Source of the DNA: Tubulanus polymorphus
Lineage: Eukaryota > Animalia > Nemertea
Assembly: GCF_964204645.1 (NCBI RefSeq)
Contig: NC_134036.1
Location: forward strand, 6,588,374-6,652,373
Direction: 5' to 3'
DNA length: 64,000 nt
This document shows positions 24,038-64,000 of the stretch, in pieces; within the stretch, counting starts at the first letter, position 1, and each line of letters opens with the position of its first letter. The notes beneath the pieces are model-generated. The model was not told where the DNA came from. It was given only the letters and a program-made list of their open reading frames with translations, and did no database searches. The translations under genes and the position numbers were made by a program.

Positions 24038-26050
24038 GGAATATAATTTTATACAAACTCGGAATCAACCTATAATATTCAAATATTTTTAAATATTTTT
24101 AAATTTTCTTACCTTGTTTTTCATAAGATATGCAGCTTTTCCCCTCAGACCGATTCGCTTTTTAACTGTTGATGATGATGATGAATTTCACTGAATCGGT
24201 GTTAACTGTAAAGAGAAAATGTTCAGCTATTAAGATTTTAATTACTAAATACATGAAAAAACGAAACTTAATTTTACTTAAATCACAAATATTTTACTAA
24301 AAATTGCAATAATTCACAAGAAAGCAAAATAGATCCGCCAGGTTCGCTAGTAGATAGTTGGTCGTCCGCGTTCGATTTCTTCTAAATTTCAATCGAATCT
24401 GAATGATGTTTTCTCCTAAATGAATCAAGAAAACTTTATCGATATACGAATGAAAGTATTGTATATATCTTTCTTGTTTTAAGGGGGGGGGTGTTGTGAT
24501 AATATATGGATTCGGGAGTCTAAAAATCCAGTTCAAAATTGATTGAAAATGAACTAATTGTGACAACGGACGACCTTCTGTTCGTCACGCCATCTGGCGG
24601 GATAGATGGCACTGTCTACATATCTTGAGCGCTGTAGTGTCATAATAGATACATGCGTACGCATGAATTGTAATTTTGTAATTTCTTTTTCTGTGCTCTA
24701 AATCAAATGTCTTTTTGTTGAGCAAATTAAACTAATTAACTAAACTAAACACTGAACTACAGCTATATTGTTGATAATTTTGCTGTATTCTATTTTAGAA
24801 GTTTATATTTTCGGTTGAAATTTTGTACATTTACACAGTCTCTCTCCATGTACCATAGAAATGGTCGGGGTGTAAATATTCATTCCTTATCTTAATTCTA
24901 ATTTTTACCCTAATCCTAATAATTTTATTAGAGAAAGTTTCATTCCCTGTTGTTTTGTAAATGATGTATATTCCATCGTCCACTTGCATGTACCATAGAA
25001 ATGCTTTGATAGAATCCCGATCATAATCATTATCATAATATTTACCTCGTGAATGGTAAGCATCTGTAATCGAACGAGCTCGTGCTTATATTTTGGCGAA
25101 GAAATATCCCATCGCTAAACTAAACCGCGGACATAATGGCTATGTCATCAGTGTCGTAGCTGGGGGGTCGCATGGCTTCAGATTCAGTCGGATAAACGTC
25201 TCGGATGACAAGAGACACAATGTGTAAACGAGTACTCATTATTCAGCTATGATTCATACGATAGACGCCTATGGTCGAAACCCGTGTGCGGGTCAGGTTC
25301 ATCGGTTTCGGAGGGATGTGTACGCTTCAACGCTTCGCGATGCTATATATGCCTAATGGCTATTTCAACTTGACCTGTCAGAACATCGTGTGTCCTAGTT
25401 CAATCAGTTTAGTTACCTGATAAAAAAGTCTTATAAGGACCACCAAGGACTGGTAGTTGACCCAAGACATTGATTTTTAATCCACTTAACACTGCATTGA
25501 ATGATTGCCAAAACATCTTCATCAAACCCGTTCGGCGGAGGATGAAAAAATTCGGGGATTATTTTGCGATTGTTGGACAAAAATTGAAAAGTCCCGCCAC
25601 CTACCACTGTTACGGCATTTCAACGACTGTAAGACAGCTCTAAACCACGCCAGTATTACAGTTAGATCTGCCACCATCGACTTATTCGTCGACTTACAGC
25701 TTCCATATCGGTAACGACGACACCTAGCGTGTTTTCCGCGACTTCATATCAATTTTTCAACGATTTTTTTTTAAAGAAATAACTTGTAAAAAGTTTTTTT
25801 TCTTCATTTTTCCATCATTAGAATCAAATTAATCTCGATTTCGAATCTTTTCTGTTCAGATTTGAGCTCTTATTACTGATAATCTTCGTCATTCATTTAC
25901 TATGAACTGCGTTGCAGCTTTTATGTTAGCTAATCATCAAATTTAGACCCGTGCCGAGGTTTTGTTGAGGGGCAGTTCTATTTCAAGAAAAGGGGCACAT
26001 TTCGCGGTGAAAATCTCGCATTAATCTCGACACGGTACATCTGATTAGCT

Positions 26051-26052
<2 letters not shown>

Positions 26053-26131
<79 letters not shown>
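26053..26131. repeat. (TA)n microsatellite (others at ~14418-14466, 37052-37079, 38417-38561, 45951-46169, 52741-52856)
   Basis: Direct inspection. Confidence 0.97.
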
Positions 26132-26134
<3 letters not shown>

Positions 26135-26782
26135 TGGTGGGCGCCGAGCGGGAACCTGTTCGCCCAAGAAACCGTGGGCGATGTTATATATCCATAAAGG
26201 GTTTGCGCTCAGGGTTTGTATTGGCGTGAGCTTCCGTGTGCGGCCATCAAACCCTGCCAAGCGAAGATGGACATTGCCAGAAGACAATATAGACATTGAT
26301 CGTGCAGCATCCAATCCTTGCTTGCTTGACTGATCGGTAGATCGAAGTCGCTGAAGCCATTGCCACTATAATTGTGATCCAGTATACAATCATATAACTC
26401 CGCATTGGTTACGAGTAACATCTTACTCATATACCAGTAATACGCAAGAAATTATAAGTTTCGATTATTGAAGTGAATGTAACCGCACTTGCCATCAAAT
26501 ATCGCTGCAGTGCGGGCAAAGTCGAAAATGAAAACCTAAACCAATTGACAACAACTGACAACAAAATAGATATATGAACTGTAGATGAATGATGTATATT
26601 TTCAATGAAGCATGCGCAGATATAACGAAACAATTGCAGAATATAATTGCAGATTTATAATCCAGATAATAATTCATAAACCGAAAAAAATGAAATTATG
26701 ACGAATGAAATCAAGTCTAGATTAAAAAGTCCTACAGTTCAAAGTTCAATACATGCAGTACACGTAAATGTCACTAACGAAT

Positions 26783-27033
26783 AAATACAACGAGATAAAT
26801 AGTACTTTAAAGATTAACTAGTTCATCCGAGACGCACGAGCGTTCGCTACTTAGCGAGTAGTAGCTACTCATTCACACGATGAAGCTACTATCTACGAGC
26901 ATATTGCTCGTAGCTACTATCAACACTAGTGGCGAAAGCTAGCGCATCTGATCTACGAGCAATTTTAGATAATTGCTCGTAGGTCTTATAGACTAGTGTT
27001 TACCCGCGAAGTACTACACGTCTCGTTGTATTT
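26783..27033. mobile_element. MITE-like foldback element
   Basis: 13-bp inverted ends AAATACAACGAGA/TCTCGTTGTATTT with nested internal palindromes (CTACGAGCA..TGCTCGTAG twice; AACACTAGT..ACTAGTGTT). Confidence 0.55.
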
Positions 27034-28729
27034 CTTCTACCCCAGGTTTATGCGGCTCGTTCACGCGGGTCTTTTTAATCTTAAAAAAGGGATTGTCCCC
27101 GTTATTTATTTATTTGGTTGTTAAATTTCGTTGGATTTTTCGATTGAGTGTCCCTTACAGACACACCATACCTGCCGGGAGCGAAACGGGGGTTTGATTT
27201 TGAAATCGGAAATCGAAGTACAGATATATTCGTGTGATCGTCGGTCGAGTAAACAGAATTCTTTTTTTCTTAAATCAAAGTACATAATTGGAAATTCGGT
27301 TCCGGTTCATTCACGTTCACGCGGGTCTTAACGAGCGATACTGTTGAATTCGTAGTATCAAACGCGCGATGAAAGTTCATTACGCGACAGCGGAGTTTCC
27401 GCGCGAACCGGCTGAAACGTACTAAACGGAGGTTGAGTTTCGGTGTCGGAGGTTGAGTCGTCAAATCGTGGCTCCGAGCAATCGAATTAACAGTTCACAC
27501 GATCGGTTATTCGAACTGATGCACGAGCAGTAGTAAACGTTGTGCAACGCACGGAACGTTAGTTAACATGTTAAAACTTTCAAAATCCATTACGTCGAAC
27601 TCACGGAACATTACGAACGGTTGCACAAACCAGTTTTACTCACCAAACTCCACTTTCAGTCACAGAAAATAGCTCCCGATATTCTTAAAAATGCTGTGGA
27701 GTTCTAATTGAACATCCCCGAATCCTTTTGCGTGAATTCAACTTTTAAAAGATTTCGTAATTTACCCCGCTTTGAGCGGGAAATTTGGCCAAGATTTCAA
27801 GAAGCCTCAATAGATCCTTCCTCTTTCTAAAGAATCCGTGGCTCCTGCCATCGTCAGTACCTTTCTGGAATTTAACCACGGATCATGGGAATGAAATTTT
27901 CTTATTTTCCATAAAGCACTGACGCCACGGGGCACTTACAAGTGCATCAACTGCAAATTTCGGATATTTTGCAGGACTTGAATTTTGTGCAGATGTTTCC
28001 AAAGAAAAATGAAAACATCATTGTATTGAAAACTTTTCTTCCGAAAAAGTAAATTTTGCTTGCTCATTTGAACTGAAACACACTAGGCCTACACCCAACT
28101 AAATGCCGGTTAGATTAGTCTTAGAAATAGAATAAGGGGACGCCGCTACTTGACGCTCAATAAAATGAGCCCCAAAATGACTCGACCCGTGATACAATGT
28201 ATAAGTACACTGTAGCTGGGCTATGCATAGATACGTCAGCTAGGATGTCACGGTTTCAGACGCTGTTAACAATGTTGATATACAGGGTCTCAGAAAATAT
28301 ACAAGGTCTCAGAAATGTGTTACCGTCACTTTAAGATTACTAATTCATGAACTCGAAATACATTTATTGCGGGGGTAAATTTGGCAGACTTGGGTGTTTG
28401 CTCGAGGATAGAATGTTGAAATGCAATAATAAGTCATGCAGTGCCATATTTTTGAAGGGCCTATAAAACGGAGTCGAACGGATACAAGAAATAAGGATTA
28501 TCGCACTATGTAGGCTTATTGATAAATGATCTACTTTCATTCGGCAGGATTTGAGACATGATAATTATATCAACTACGAGAAGAAGTATCTAATTGATAA
28601 GACACTGTTGGTCTGCTAGACTAGTTGAACTTCTCGGGAACTTGTCCTCAATATCATAACCATGTTTCATCAAATCGCAGTTGAGCTCTTTAGCAACGGA
28701 CTTTTTGCGCGTTGCCAATTTTACAAAAA

Positions 28730-29204
28730 CTGAAAATTCAAACGATTGAATTTATGTGTTAATACCAGTTTATTTTACATCTTAATCAGTTGGATAGCAG
28801 GCACAGAGTGTTATGATAATTAGTTACAGTATACACAGAATAGAATCGAATATTATACTACTTGATTACTCATACTTCATCAGATCGTAACTGAGATTGT
28901 CCTACAATGACTTTTCTTTAACTACATACTTAATACAAAGGCCTATTTCTACAAACAAATAATCATTAGCCGTCATTTTAGATTAAATACCTAATCTATA
29001 AAAATTGACTCTCAGTACCAAATGTACGTGTTACATAAAGGTCTGATTTCTCAGCTAAGCCTAGGTACACATTTATGCCAAAACATATATAAGATTTAAC
29101 TATGAAAAATGGATGTAACTCACCTGAAAATTCAAACGATTGAATTTATGTGTTAATACCAGTTTATTTTACATCTTAATCAGTTGGATAGCAGGCACAG
29201 AGTG
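28730..29204. repeat. 81-bp perfect direct repeat (28730-28810 and 29124-29204)
   Basis: CTGAAAATTCAAACG...GGCACAGAGTG present twice. Confidence 0.95.
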
Positions 29205-30169
29205 ATCAAATCTGTGCTGCCAAAAACCAAGTTGATTAAGATACTCCCATCAAGAAATTAGTGACCAAAACTTCTAGCGATTGGTTCATCCAAATCTTAA
29301 TGACATATTAAGACACTAATTACCTGATGAGAGCTAAACTAGTTGCGAGGGCAGGTGAGTTGAGAGTTGTTTATATTGCTATTACATCACTTATTCAAAA
29401 ATAGTGCCAGTTCGCTAGGTAGACAAAATACTCAATAAACAAGACAGCCTACTTGAGCTACCAAAACGGTATCCGGGTAAAAGTGACAAAGACTAAGGGT
29501 TAGATCCATTAATGGACATAGGAAAAATCTACAAATATGTTTTCTTAGCTACAAATGACCTGGCAAAATATTGATTACAATATTTAAACATAAAAACACA
29601 ATCCGCAGTTCCAGATAAAAATACTCCTTGCTAAAGCTCGATGTCGAATTGTGACACATCAGATTCGGTATATCTCAAAGTCTCCTACTTTCTGTTGAAA
29701 TGCGGTGATTTGGTGAATTTATATCAATTTTTCAACTGGCAGCTGGTCATATATCAATGAACATATACAACGGGACAGTCCGTCAGTATGGTTCGACGCC
29801 ATTTTTATGAGCATTCATAAACACGCGAGTGCTCAGCCATGCATTACTTATGATTGCATTTTAACATTTCATCTTCGAAAAGACATTCAGGTCCAACGAC
29901 CACACCTCCAAAAAAGAAAATAATTTCAACCATAGTTAATGGATAATTATTAATCTAAATGCACGGACAACACATTTTCTGAGACAGCCTGTACAGTACG
30001 TCGTGGAAGAGCTAATTTCAACACGAAGAAACTGTTTCGAACACAACAGCATTCGATCTCTCGATCGATAGTTCGACGTTCGGAGACGAATTCTTACGAA
30101 GCCACGTGACAAGAACGCCGACGAACAGCGACCTATCGGGCGTTATAAAAAATAGTTTCACTCATTCTG

Positions 30170-32500
30170 ATGTGTTAGTTATACAGCGATGGTAAAATAG
30201 TGTTAGTAATACAAATATAGTTATACTGTGATGTAGTAATATAGTGATAGTAATACGGTGTTAAAATACAGTGATAGTAGAACAGTTTTAGCAATACAAT
30301 GATAGCAATACAGTGATAGCAATACAGTGATAGCAATACAGTGATAGCAATACAGTGATATTAGAACAGTGATAGTAATTCAGTGATAGTAATATAATGA
30401 TAGCAATACAGTGATAGTAATTCAGTGATAGTAATACAATGATAGCAATAAAGTGATAGTAATACAGTGATATTAGAACAGTGATAGTAATTCAGTGATA
30501 GTAATATAATGATAGCAATACAGTGATAGTAATTCAGTGATAGTAATACAATGATAGCAATACAGTGATAGTAATACAGTGATATTAGAACAGTGATAGT
30601 AATTCAGTGATAGTAATATAATGATAGCAATACAGTGATAGCAATACAGTGATAGTAATACAGTGATAGTAATACAATGATAGCAATACAGTGATAGTAA
30701 TACAGTGATAGTAATACAGTGATAGTAATATAGTGATAGTAATACGGTGTTAAAATACAGTCATAGTAGAACAGTTTTAGCAATACAATGATAGCAATAC
30801 AGTGATAGCAATACAGTGATAGCAATACAGTGATATTAGAACAGTGATAGTAATTCAGTGATAGTAATACAGTGATAGCAATACAGTGATAGCAATACAG
30901 TGATATTAGAACAGTGATAGTAATTCAGTGATAGTAATATAATGATAGCAATACAGTGATAGCAATACAGTGATAGCAATACAGTGATAGTAATACAGTG
31001 ATAGCAATACAGTGATAGTAATACAGTGATAGTAATACAGTGATAGCAATACAGTGATAGTAATTCAGTGATAGTAATACAGTGATAGCAATACAGTGAT
31101 AGCAATACAGTGATCGTAATACAGTGATAGCAATACAGTGATAGTAATACAGTGATAGTAATACAGTGATAGTAATACAGTGATAGCAATACAATGATAG
31201 CAATACAGTGATAGTAATACAGTGATAGCAATACAGTGATAGTAATACAGTGATAGTAATACAGTGATAGCAATACCATGATAGCAATACAGTGATAGTA
31301 ATACAGTGATAGCAATACAGTGATAGTAATACAGTGATAGTAATACAGTGATAGTAATATAGTGATAGTAATACGGTGTTAAAATACAGTCATAGTAGAA
31401 CAGTTTTAGCAATACAATGATAGCAATACAGTGATAGCAATACAGTGATAGCAATACAGTGATAGCAATACAGTGATATTAGAACAGTGATAGTAATTCA
31501 GTGATAGTAATATAATGATAGCAATACAGTGATAGTAATTCAGTGATAGTAATACAGTGATAGCAATACAGTGATAGTAATACAGTGATATTAGAACAGT
31601 GATAGTAATTCAGTGATAGTAATATAATGATAGCAATACAGTGATAGTAATTCAGTGATAGTAATACAGTGATAGCAATACAGTGATAGTAATACAGTGA
31701 TAGCAATACAGTGATAGCAATACAGTGATATTAGAACAGTGATAGTTATTCAGTGATAGTAATACAATGATAGCAATACAGTGATAGTAATACAGTGATA
31801 GCAATACAGTGATAGTAATACAGTGATAGTAATACAGTGATAGCAATACAATGATAGCAATACAGTGATAGTAATCCAGAGATAGCAATACAGAATTAGT
31901 GATAGTTTTATAGGGGTAGTAAAGATAGTAAGACAGTGATAGTAAATCATTAACATAGTTATACACTGTTAGTAATACATGGGTAGTAGTGCAGTGTTAG
32001 TAATACAGGTATAGTAATACAGAGATAGTAATACAGAGATAGTAATACAGGGATAGTAATACATTGTTAGTAATACAGTAAGGGTTATCTAGACATATTA
32101 ATACAGTGATAGTAATACTGTGTTACTAAGATAGGGTTAGTTATATTGGGGAAGTAAAAGATACTAATACAGTGAGAGTAATAAAATAATGAAGTAATTC
32201 ACTGTTAGTAATACATGGATGGTTATACAGTGTTAGTATCATAGTGTTAGTAATACAGTGATAGTAATACATTGTTAGTTAAACAGTTATATACTTCATC
32301 CCCTTAGTAACTATCCCAGTGATCGTAATACAGTGTTAGTATTATAGGGATATTAGTACTACAGTGATAGTTATACACGGATAGTATGTATGGTTAGCAA
32401 TACAGTGATAGTAATAAAGTGATAGTAATACAAATACAGTAATAAAGTGACGGCAAAAATACATGTATTTTTGGTGACGAGGACAGTTATACAGAGATGT
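30170..32500. repeat. 14-bp minisatellite CAGTGATAG(C/T)AATA; pure core about 30290-31880 with degenerate flanks
   Basis: Direct inspection; it explains the LLSLYYYHCI ORFs. Confidence 0.97.
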
Positions 32501-32582
32501 GTATGCAGAGCTGGTATTAGAGTGAAAGCTGTGCAGTGTTAGTATATTGATAGGAATACTTGATATCGCTGGATACGTCTAA

Positions 32583-59589
<27,007 letters not shown>

Positions 59590-60330
59590 GAAGACGTGAT
59601 TATCATCCAACTAATGATACTCGAGTGCGTTACATGTATACAGCTAGGCGTTTAGATATCACTCATTTCACTTCCTTGTGCGCAGTTTGGTGATGATAAA
59701 CGTTTGATTCTATTGTGACCAGTTCATCCCAAACAACCCGAACAAATAGCTATCCATTCATCGGTTTAATTTTAGACGCATATATCATTTATTTAACCAA
59801 CCGTATTCATTTATCAGACGCATCATGTATGGAAACTTTATTACACAATAAAACATGACGTACGAATAAAAGGATCAACCATCCTTATTTCAAGTTGAAA
59901 AATTTGAATGTTAGTTCGAGCATCGATGAAAACATGATATTGTTATCACCACGCTAATATTATGATTTTCTCGTATAAGAAAGATTTTCCGTCAATTCTG
60001 AACTGATTCTCCATGAAATTACAAGAACCCGTTTCAAGCTCCTTAGATGTCACTAAAGGCATGTGGTAATTTTTGGTAGGTATCTTCATTCGTCCGCCTG
60101 GATTTCAGCTTGTTGCCCAAAACGGGCTAGTTGACGCTAATAGCTTGAAGTTTCTTTTGTTGCCAACTGTGACACTTTGTAAGTACCAACCGTTTGTGCT
60201 CAGGGGGCTATAATTTGGGTACCGCAATTTCGAAAATACAGTCGAGACTCGGTAGTCGAATATTCCACTCGGCTGACTTTTCCGAACATAGAATCCGGCG
60301 AAAAACTGACATTCGACGCTAGCTCACATT

Positions 60331-61443
60331 TTAAGCGGCCCCGAGACAAATAATGCCGGATTTTAGTTGCATTCGAAAGCGACGCCTCGAAGCGCAATAG
60401 ATGACGAAATTGCAAGACGCAATCGACATTCTCAAAACATCCTGAAAAGCGTTGAAAAGGACACCCGATTGGACTTTACCGATACTCCCATTGATAGTAC
60501 GGATTAAATTTCCAACATTAGCTTTGATAAAGAACGACTTTTTAACCAGGTACAAACAGGAAATGAGAATTAACGTCAGAGTTAAACTACGGTCACTGCT
60601 GCTGCTGCTGCTGCTGTTAGAAGTTTGATTATTTGTAGACATGGTTTTTCTCGCTGCTCCTGCGCGCCTCAACGTGAAAATCAATCGAATAGTCATTAGG
60701 ACCACTATCACTGTCGGGATTATAGTAAATAAAGGAGCGCGGACAAAAACTTCATAGTATCTCAAATATACGTTTTTAAGGGCGAACTTCGTAAATTTCA
60801 GAGTCCATCTCTCGTGTCCGGTGCACGGATTTCGCGAACGACGACTTTTGTATTTGAACACGTTTTTGCTTTGGTTTGTGACGGTGACGACGACGCTTAG
60901 AATCACGTAGATATAACTTCTCTTTATTGTTATGATTCTGACAGCTCTCAAAGGCCAACAAACGACGATATATCTGTCTATAGCTATCAACAACGTTATC
61001 AGGTCGGCGATACCGGTGAACGTGAATTGAAAGTTTCTAGTGTACGAATACACGCGCTTCATAACGTGATTTATTTCAGCGGTCATGTCCATTAACAGCG
61101 TATGACTGTAGAGTCCATTCTGAAAGTCAAATACGACGTACGTTAAACAAGTGAACGTGTCCGCAACAGCCAAACATCTCAAATAAAATATACTAGTGTT
61201 GTTCGAACGTTCTTTATTAAGAATAATGAAAGACAGTAAATTAGCGCCGAAACCGAAAATAGCAATAGCGAAAACGACGTAATTTGTGATCTGTAGATAC
61301 AGATTCACGTGAACCGGTTTGTAATCGGCGTGATGGATGTATTTACACCGCGGATGAGGTTTAAACCCCGCCTTCTCAGTGGTGGTCGTCGGGTTCGATC
61401 CGTTGAAGGGATATCCGGTGACTGTGACTGATTTACTATCCAT
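60331..61443 (-). CDS. Intronless rhodopsin-family GPCR, FMRFamide/peptide-receptor-like (370 aa from MDSKSV)
   Basis: GANLLSFIIL (TM1), YLRCLAVADT (TM2), AIDRYIVVCWPL (DRY), IIP (TM5), NFVIYC (TM7) and a basic helix 8. Confidence 0.93.
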   Translation of the reverse strand: MDSKSVTVTGYPFNGSNPTTTTEKAGFKPHPRCKYIHHADYKPVHVNLYLQITNYVVFAIAIFGFGANLLSFIILNKERSNNTSIFYLRCLAVADTFTCLTYVVFDFQNGLYSHTLLMDMTAEINHVMKRVYSYTRNFQFTFTGIADLITLLIAIDRYIVVCWPLRAVRIITIKRSYIYVILSVVVTVTNQSKNVFKYKSRRSRNPCTGHERWTLKFTKFALKNVYLRYYEVFVRAPLFTIIPTVIVVLMTIRLIFTLRRAGAARKTMSTNNQTSNSSSSSSSDRSLTLTLILISCLYLVKKSFFIKANVGNLIRTINGSIGKVQSGVLFNAFQDVLRMSIASCNFVIYCASRRRFRMQLKSGIICLGAA

Positions 61444-64000
61444 GATGATAATGATCACACGAAGTCGATGAAACGCCGCCGAATAAGTATTACTGAAACG
61501 CGTCGAATCCGGTGAAATTGCGAATTTGACACCTAATTAGGTACGAGATACTTTTTTTTCGAATGGGTTAGTTACGAACTGGCGCGATTAAATGCGTCGA
61601 AAATCGATGGGTAAAAAAACTGCAGTTTCAACATCTAATATTCAACGTCTAACATCGTATTCTCCACGCATCAATAATTCGGATTACATGTAGTTACGAA
61701 TTCGGTGCGAAGAAAAACAACGAAGAAATCATTTCCTTTGTTCCACTAGGAATTCTTTTCGGCGAAAACGTAATACTTACTGTCAACAACTTAGAACTTG
61801 ATGACACTAACGAACTCTCCACGGACACTGAAGTTTCACACCGTGTGCCCATACTAAAACTGTCGACAGAAAATATCAAGAATATTGTACGATTCGTTGA
61901 GCGGAAAGTCAGATACAGCGTGATAGGTAAAAACGCGCTGCGCTAAAAAACACTGGACTTGCTGTTCGGGAGGATTCATCACCCGAAAACGCAAATCTTG
62001 TCAACCGCGCTAGTTAACTCTCGGCCGTATACATCGTTGGACCATTAACGGAAAGGTATTTGGGAATTTGCCTGATGGACAAAAACAAAAAGATTGAATT
62101 AAAAATCATTTGATTCAGACGATAGTATAAAAAAAACGATAGCTGGGGGTTTAGAAAACTTGCAGTGTATGTCAAGATATTTTGTAAACTTATAATTCCA
62201 TGTATTTGGGCATACTTTTGTTTTTGTGCTAAAAAAATTATGTATAATCTGCAGCAATAAAGAATTATCTAATCTAATCCTATTTAGCCGGTCATGTGTT
62301 GAAAAAGTTCCGGTGTTGAATAGTTGAATAGACGGACCTGAGTGCGCTACTTAGAGGCCTGATGTTCCATATTATGAGCCACGTTACCAGGCGGCTCTAT
62401 GTGAAATAGAAATCTACTTCGTACACCCAAGGGGACATATTATGACCCATGGCCAGAACGTAGCTTGGACGTTTTCTATCGTCAAATTGGGGTCATATAT
62501 GGAACTATAGACTTCAGGATGCGCTTTGTCAGATTATGAAGTTACCTAGTTATTTAGGTAGGTATACTCGAAACTGATGATGAAGCAAGCCATGTGACGA
62601 ATCTAACCCATCCCCAAAAACAATGTCAATGTGGGATAACATCCAAAACTGATATTGATTTGTAGTCGAATGGCACTCTTCAATCTCATGGCCGTAGGAA
62701 CAGAGGGCAGGGGTAATATCTGGCCTACCAAAATAATTTTTAGATGTGATTTTCAAAACCGCGAAATCACCGCAATACTAATGTCATGATTGAAAGATTG
62801 TTTGAATAAACAGGAATCGAACCAAATTTCCTAATTATGTACTTCGATTTGAACAAAAAATTCTATAAATTCGACCGCCGATCACACGACTATATCCGTA
62901 CCTCGATTACCGATTTCAAAATCAAACCCCTGTTTCACTCCCGGCAGCCGTGGTGGGTTTGTCAGGGACACTCGATGAAAATATAATCAAACGAAATTTA
63001 CCAACCAAATAAATAACTGGGTCAATCCCTATTTTGAGATAGAAAAAAAACTGTCAACAGGTCTACAGGTAGGGATGGGCCTAGTGGAAAGTAAAATTTA
63101 CACGTCCATTGACAAGTAAACGGCCAACTCTTTCTTCTCATCAAAGAGCAGCTACCGTACGCATGTGAGCTGTCAAATAGATGCTAAGATTACACACATG
63201 TTCCATCACGACCCACTTCAGTCGACACACAAGACACACAAAACATGCAGCTCATTTGCACAGTTCTCAGGTCCGTGGGCCCTCTTTTTCTGACACTTGA
63301 ACATTCTAAGATAGCCCGCTGTTAACTCATAAGATGTAAAAGTGCAAATAGCCATCAGGATAGCGTTAAAATTGCATTTTGAAGTTTTTCAACAGTTCGT
63401 GTAAGGTATCTGAACTTCATCGAATCGCCGAAATACCGGATGATCAAAGCACCCATTTGATCGGGACAGAACCTGTTCAATCACTTAGTAGAGCCAAATG
63501 ATTGCAAAAAAAATATGCAGTTAAATACATTGATTAACGAAATCTATTGACGGGACATTTTCAACGCTATTGTGACGATGCGGCCATCCCATCGCCACGT
63601 GTATACGCATAATATGTGTAAAAGTTAATTTTCATCCTAGTATAATTGTTGTTCATATTTATAAATCGAATCGATTATGAAATTATGCAGCGATGAGTCA
63701 TTCAGTTGGCTAACACACAACTAGAATATCCAGATATCAATTAAGTCGGTTCATTTGAAATTACCAAATATGGTCAGAATCTGAATATCATCCTCAACGC
63801 GGATGATACGTTGAGATATGAATAGGTTCGAATTTTGAAAAAAAAGAGCTTGGTAGAGTTGGTTGAAGAGCTTTTGTCGTGCTTTACCAGAGCGATGGAG
63901 AATTTTGAATGTTTAAGGAGGGTTGAGACAAGCTCTCCGGTGAAGAATTATATAGGACTACTTGTAAACTGCAGTAAAAGAAGATTAAAGATTGAACGAG

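Noticed and set aside
30604-31966. Cys/His/Tyr-rich ORFs
   Set aside because: These are translations of the 14-bp minisatellite.

Overview
AT-rich animal (invertebrate-like) genomic DNA with spliceosomal introns. No prokaryotic operons, CRISPR arrays, rRNA or intact tRNA genes were found. (1) 1-20 kb is a nest of LTR-retrotransposon remnants interleaved with four arrays of a 38-bp satellite. Two minus-strand elements with dissimilar LTRs each carry, next to the polypurine tract, the same small plus-strand (antisense) intron-containing gene. Its coding exons are 22/48/66 nt plus a last exon, and a third fragment shows almost only synonymous changes. This is the main candidate for an undescribed system. 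An F-type env-like remnant with LTR, PBS and PPT is also present. (2) 20-32.5 kb is mostly non-coding: MITE- and SINE-like pieces, microsatellites and a 14-bp minisatellite. (3) 32.6-59.6 kb holds a minus-strand gene I reconstructed by hand (23 coding exons per path, about 959 aa): signal peptide, 5 CUB, 2 PLAT/LH2-like, TM and a tail with three tyrosine motifs. A 6.7-kb tandem duplication inside it adds a CUB domain and leaves phase-incompatible alternative exons. (4) 60.3-61.4 kb is an intronless rhodopsin-family peptide-receptor-like GPCR. All domain and family calls come from motif recognition by eye; no searches were run.
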